Translations under genes and position numbers: made by a program | Assembly: GCA_963678065.2 (NCBI GenBank) | Contig: CAXXVZ010000003.1 | Span: 2,335,562-2,399,561, forward strand | DNA from: Treponemataceae bacterium | Lineage (GTDB): Bacteria > Spirochaetota > Spirochaetia > Treponematales > Rectinemataceae | Length of the DNA: 64,000 bases | Direction: 5' to 3' | Notes under the pieces: generated by a model | Database searches by the model: none | The model's input: only the letters and a program-made list of their open reading frames with translations | Told to the model about the DNA's origin: nothing | Shown here: piece by piece, positions 59,841 through 64,000 of the stretch | How the letters are laid out: each line of letters opens with the position of its first letter | Position numbering within the stretch: the first letter of the stretch is position 1

Positions 59841-60842
59841 CTATTTTTTGGAAGCCTTGTACAGCCTGTCGTTGATGGCGGGCCCCAGCCCCGAGTCGGG
59901 CGCGCGCTCGGCCACGATCGCCCGGGCCCCCGATTCGCCCTGTCCGTCGAGTTCGTGGAGCAGGGCGAAGAGCCGGGCGGCCGCCTCGCGCGTGCCACCC
60001 TCCTCCGAGAGACACTCGACCCGCGAATACCGGCCCGAATCGAGGGCGAGCCTGCGCGACGCTCCGCTGAACGCCAAGGCGACGATGCTCTGTCCTTTCC
60101 AGCCGGAAAGATCGGCTCCAGCGAGCGCTCCATAGGGAACGAGAACGAGGGGCAGATGGGGCGCGTAGTGGCTCGGCAGCTGGCCCGGGCTCGTCGGCGA
60201 GGCGACCGCCCTGTCGTAGTCATCGACCCTTCCCACGATCGCCTCGATGGCGGATTTCTCCATCCCGCCCGGCCTGAGTATGGTCGGGACCCTTCCGGTC
60301 ATGTCGAGGACCGTCGACTCGACGCCTATGGACGAAGCTCCCCCGTCCACGATGAAATCGACCTTATCCCCCAGCATGGAAGCCACGTGGGCGGCCGTCG
60401 TGGGGGAAAGGTAGCCGAAGGGATTGGCGCTGGGCGCAGCCACGGCCGTACCGGAGCGGGCGATGATTTTCCGCGCGACAGGATGGGCGGGGAAGCGGAG
60501 GGCGACGGTGTCGAGGCCCGAGGTCACGAGATCGGGGACGCGGGGTCGCTTGGGAAGGATGAGGGTGAGAGGGCCAGGCCAGAGTGCCTCCATGAGGGCG
60601 CGCGCAGCCGGGCCCGGGTCGAGCGCGACATCGTCGACCTGGGAAAGGTCGGCGATGTGGACGATGAGGGGGTCGAAAGTGGGGCGAGCCTTGGCCTCGA
60701 ATATCCGGGCGACTGCCTCAGGATTGAAGGCGTCGGCGCCGAGACCGTAGACCGTCTCCGTGGGCAGGGCGACGAGGAGGCCGCCGGCTATCGCCCGGGC
60801 GGCCCTGTCGAGATCGGCGTCGGAGGTGGAGAGTATCTGCAT
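59841..60842 (-). CDS. sua5: L-threonylcarbamoyladenylate synthase (Sua5 type)
   Basis: PTETVYGLGA, WPGPLT, AAPSAN, SPGQLPSHYAP. Confidence 0.95.
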   Translation of the reverse strand: MQILSTSDADLDRAARAIAGGLLVALPTETVYGLGADAFNPEAVARIFEAKARPTFDPLIVHIADLSQVDDVALDPGPAARALMEALWPGPLTLILPKRPRVPDLVTSGLDTVALRFPAHPVARKIIARSGTAVAAPSANPFGYLSPTTAAHVASMLGDKVDFIVDGGASSIGVESTVLDMTGRVPTILRPGGMEKSAIEAIVGRVDDYDRAVASPTSPGQLPSHYAPHLPLVLVPYGALAGADLSGWKGQSIVALAFSGASRRLALDSGRYSRVECLSEEGGTREAAARLFALLHELDGQGESGARAIVAERAPDSGLGPAINDRLYKASKK

Positions 60843-60974
60843 TTCGTGCAATGGTACGGCGAGCGCGGCCTGCACTTCAAGTGAGGCGCGCGCTCAGGTC
60901 GCGAGTGGCCCTGAGCGCGGTTTTTACGCACTGCGGCTCCCGCGCGGAGCGCGATCGTTCCGGAGCCGGCGAAG

Positions 60975-61670
60975 CTAGCGGATGAGCCAGCCAGTCTCGG
61001 ATGCGCCGCACTCGCTCCCGAGAAGCTCTGCGAAAAGCCCGCAGGCGGCTTCCAGCCCGCCGCGCCGATCGCTATCCGAAGACTCTGAAGCCGGCGCGTA
61101 GATGAGGGCGGCGACATCGCGCGCGGACTCGAAGACTTTCGTCGCCATGGAATCTTTCACAGGATTGCCTGTCGCGGTCCAGTCGCCCGGGCCGGGGCCG
61201 CGGCGATAGACACAGACAAGGTCTTCGATGTCGATCGTCTGCCCCGATCGGTTGAAGACATAGCTTTCTCCGGCGGCTCCGCGCTTGAGAAGGAACTCCG
61301 GCCCCGAGAGCGCGAGGTCGAAGATGCTCGCGGGGTAGCCGAAGCGCAGTGAAAGGCCATTGTTGATGTCGACGGCTCCGTTGACGAGGGGGAACTCGCC
61401 CGAGAGGGCCGCCGCGAGGAGGTACTCGCTCGAGGGCTTGCTGCGCCCTGCCGGCTTGTACTTTCCGAATCGCAGCATAGAGCGGACGGCAGCCTTGCGC
61501 CCCGGATCGAACCAGGACTCGCCTGAGGTCAGCACTTCGGAGAGGAGCCCGGCGAGCCAGGCGGGCATGGCCTGCGTTTCGGCGGCGCGGGACAGGCCGA
61601 GGCCCCAGACCAGGCCTGCCTGCATGGGAGAAGGTTCCAGAGATGGGTCCACAATCAGAGAGGGTTTCAT
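60975..61670 (-). CDS. B3/B4 (PheT-like) domain protein
   Basis: YKPAGRSKPSSEYL, VDINNGLSL..PASIFD. Confidence 0.8.
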   Translation of the reverse strand: MKPSLIVDPSLEPSPMQAGLVWGLGLSRAAETQAMPAWLAGLLSEVLTSGESWFDPGRKAAVRSMLRFGKYKPAGRSKPSSEYLLAAALSGEFPLVNGAVDINNGLSLRFGYPASIFDLALSGPEFLLKRGAAGESYVFNRSGQTIDIEDLVCVYRRGPGPGDWTATGNPVKDSMATKVFESARDVAALIYAPASESSDSDRRGGLEAACGLFAELLGSECGASETGWLIR

Positions 61671-62716
61671 TTTTTCCACTCCGCGAGAATCCTGTCCATG
61701 GTCGCATCGACAGCCGGTTTCGTTTTTTGCCGGGCGGGCTCGGCGAGAAACCACGCGACGGATTCCCTGATGCCACGCGCGAAGCTGACCTCGGGCGAGA
61801 ACTCCGGGACAAGCGAGCGCAGGAGACTGCAGTCGAAGATCGAAGTGTAGCCCTTGTCCCCGAGCAGTTTTGCGCCCGATTCCGGGTCGATGCCGGCTAT
61901 GAATTCGATGGGAATATGCACGAGCTCCGCCCTGGGGGGAGAGCGACGGTCACCGTGCGATATCAGGGCCTCCCCGAGCGCCTGGGCCAGCTCGAGGTGG
62001 ATCCCATTCCAGGACGGAGCCTCGTCGGACATGATCTGGACCGTCTTTCCGTAGGCCCGCGTGTTTCCGCAGAGTCCTACGAGGCCGACGGCGAAGTCGC
62101 GAGAGTGCGTGAGCGTCCAGCGCATGGCGCCGTCCCCGGGCACGACGAGGGGCTTGCCCGCCAGTATCCGCGCGGCAATCGTGAAGTCGCCCGAAATGAA
62201 GGGCGAGGGTATCCATTTCTGGCTGTACGTGTGGGAGGGCCGGACGATGGTGAGAGCGGGGCAGGCCCCGCCCTCCGGTCGGGAGGCGCGCGCGCGCAGG
62301 GCTTCCTCGCTGGCCAGCTTGTCCGCCGCATACCGCCAGTGCGGATTCCCGACGGTAGAATTTTCCGTGATGCGTTCGGTGGAGGCTGGTTTCGTGTAGA
62401 CGGATGCGGAGCTGAGAAAAACAAATTGGCGACAGATGCCCGAGAAGAGCCCGAAATCGGCGAGGGCTTCCTCCGGCGTGAAGGCGATGAAGTCGACGAC
62501 AGCGTCGAGGACGATGCCGCCGGCGACCAGACCGTCCACAGCCCTCTTCGCGGCATCGCGATTCCTGATATCGGCGTTGACCGCCTTCACCCTGCCGGAC
62601 AAGTCTCCGGAGGAGCTGCCCCGGTTCAGATGGAAAACCTCATGCCCCTGTCCGAGGGCCCGCGCCGTGCAGTCCGCGGACAGATTTCCGGTTCCTCCGA
62701 TAAATAATACTTTCAT
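61667..62716 (-). CDS. NAD-dependent epimerase/dehydratase
   Basis: VLFIGGTGNLS, YAADK, IVRPSHTY. Confidence 0.88.
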   Translation of the reverse strand: MKVLFIGGTGNLSADCTARALGQGHEVFHLNRGSSSGDLSGRVKAVNADIRNRDAAKRAVDGLVAGGIVLDAVVDFIAFTPEEALADFGLFSGICRQFVFLSSASVYTKPASTERITENSTVGNPHWRYAADKLASEEALRARASRPEGGACPALTIVRPSHTYSQKWIPSPFISGDFTIAARILAGKPLVVPGDGAMRWTLTHSRDFAVGLVGLCGNTRAYGKTVQIMSDEAPSWNGIHLELAQALGEALISHGDRRSPPRAELVHIPIEFIAGIDPESGAKLLGDKGYTSIFDCSLLRSLVPEFSPEVSFARGIRESVAWFLAEPARQKTKPAVDATMDRILAEWKK

Positions 62717-62862
62717 GGCCTTCTCCCAACTTCGGTTTCGGATCATGGTACCGTCCGGACCGGGCCCGCCGCAACATGAAAAGTCCTTGCATTCTGCCGG
62801 CACCGGAGCTTTTATATAGTAGCAGGCGCAAAGGCCCGCGCCTGCACGCAAGGAGACGCGTC

Positions 62863-63867
62863 GTGCTCAAATTCCAGAAGCAGCCGATGATGCGAAAAGT
62901 CCTCATCGCCCTGGCGCCGGTCTACATCCATACAGTATGGCTGTATGGTCCCCGGGCGCTCGCGGCCATGATCCTGACCTTCGCCCTCGGCATCCTGACA
63001 GAGTGGGTTTTTGAACGCAAGAGAAGCGGCAAGGTGAGCGAGGCCATCCTCGTGACCTGCGCCCTGTACTCCCTCGCCTTCCCGCCCCGGACTCCGCTGT
63101 GGATACTCGCAGTCGGCATCGTGTTCGCGACGGCTATGGCCAAGGGCGTTTACGGGGGCTTCGGCCGCAACATCTTCAATCCGGCAATCGCGGGGCGCCT
63201 CTTCGTCTACATCGCCTTCGCGACAGTGCTCAACGCGAGCTATCTCGCGCAGGGCGGCTTCGGAATCGGCGCGGCCGACATCGTGGCTTCCGCGACTCCC
63301 CTCGGACTGATGCGGGCGGGCACGCGACTCCCTCTCGTCGACCTTCTCCTCGGGAACAGACCCGGGGCGCTGGGGGAAGGCTGTATCCTGCTCATCCTCC
63401 TAGCGGCCGTCTACCTCATCGCGACGAAGACAGCGAGCTGGAAAATTATCCTCTCTTCGGTCGCTGGAGGCGGCATTCTGGCGTCGGCCCTGTATTTCGG
63501 CGGCGTCAAGGGCGCGCTTCCGCCCGAGAGCCTTCTCGCGGGATCCTTCATGTTCGTGACGGTCTTCATGGCGACGGACCCTGTCTCGGCTCCCAAAAAG
63601 GCGATCGCGCAGTACGTATATGGAGCGATGATCGGCGGCCTCATCGTGGTCATCAGAACCTTCTCCGCCTTCCCCGAGGGGACGAGCTTCGCCCTTCTCC
63701 TCGGCAATACCTTCGCCAGCCTCATCGACGAGCTCGTCGGAATGGCCAGTCCGCCGAAGACAGCCGCGCCGGGAACGGCAGTCCCAAAGCCGACATCGCC
63801 TGGCGCGACCTCGCCGAATTCCGCAGCGCAAGCTGGCGCGGCGCCGGGCACGGGAGGCGCGAAATGA
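62863..63867 (+). CDS. RnfD/NqrB-family membrane subunit
   Basis: GGFGRNIFNPA, ASATPL (FMN-Thr), FMATDPVSAP. Confidence 0.9.
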   Translation: MLKFQKQPMMRKVLIALAPVYIHTVWLYGPRALAAMILTFALGILTEWVFERKRSGKVSEAILVTCALYSLAFPPRTPLWILAVGIVFATAMAKGVYGGFGRNIFNPAIAGRLFVYIAFATVLNASYLAQGGFGIGAADIVASATPLGLMRAGTRLPLVDLLLGNRPGALGEGCILLILLAAVYLIATKTASWKIILSSVAGGGILASALYFGGVKGALPPESLLAGSFMFVTVFMATDPVSAPKKAIAQYVYGAMIGGLIVVIRTFSAFPEGTSFALLLGNTFASLIDELVGMASPPKTAAPGTAVPKPTSPGATSPNSAAQAGAAPGTGGAK

Positions 63868-64000
63868 AAAAGGATAGTATAGGCTATGTCGTCGCCTTCA
63901 CCTTCATCGTCTGCATCCTCTTCGTCCTCGGACTCTCGGTCGTCAACTTCGTCACGATAAAGCAGGTCGAGGCCAACAAGAGCTACGCGGCCCACGTCGC
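63864..64000 (+). CDS. NqrC/RnfG-like subunit, N-terminus (runs off the window)
   Basis: ATGA overlap; MKKDSIGYVVAFTFIVCILFV TM anchor. Confidence 0.6.
   Translation, partial: MKKDSIGYVVAFTFIVCILFVLGLSVVNFVTIKQVEANKSYAAHV

Noticed and set aside
59832..60884. 350-aa plus-strand ORF and many similar antisense ORFs
   Set aside because: Shadow ORFs opposite well-supported genes in high-GC DNA.

Overview
GC-rich housekeeping DNA at both ends (about 1-5 kb and 47.9-64 kb), probably from a spirochaete; the host call is inferred from gene content and the attC style. Between the ends lies about 43 kb of accessory DNA anchored at tRNA-Val(GAC) and tRNA-Lys(TTT). It contains: (i) a 6.8-kb satellite-like element at tRNA-Val with a 50-bp att repeat, int/xis/DUF3631 and a lone major capsid gene, plus paralogous repeated hairpin leaders; (ii) a defective IS1111-type IS110 sitting in a hairpin; (iii) a four-gene chaperone-usher pilus cluster; (iv) a relic of an older tRNA-Lys element; (v) a 26.2-kb element at tRNA-Lys with a 64-bp att repeat, frameshifted integrase, xis, rep and dnaB. 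Element (v) carries an integron-type cassette array with six attC/attC-like sites and no canonical intI, several IS, a truncated group IIC intron and a CHAP/Calx-beta lipoprotein. Most striking is one 'cassette' of 2.6 kb that encodes an IntI-related tyrosine recombinase plus an IS91-family HUH transposase. It sits exactly at attC G|TT crossovers and ends in its own atypical attC-like hairpin, making it a candidate self-mobilising cassette. All family calls come from motif recognition by eye; no database searches were run.
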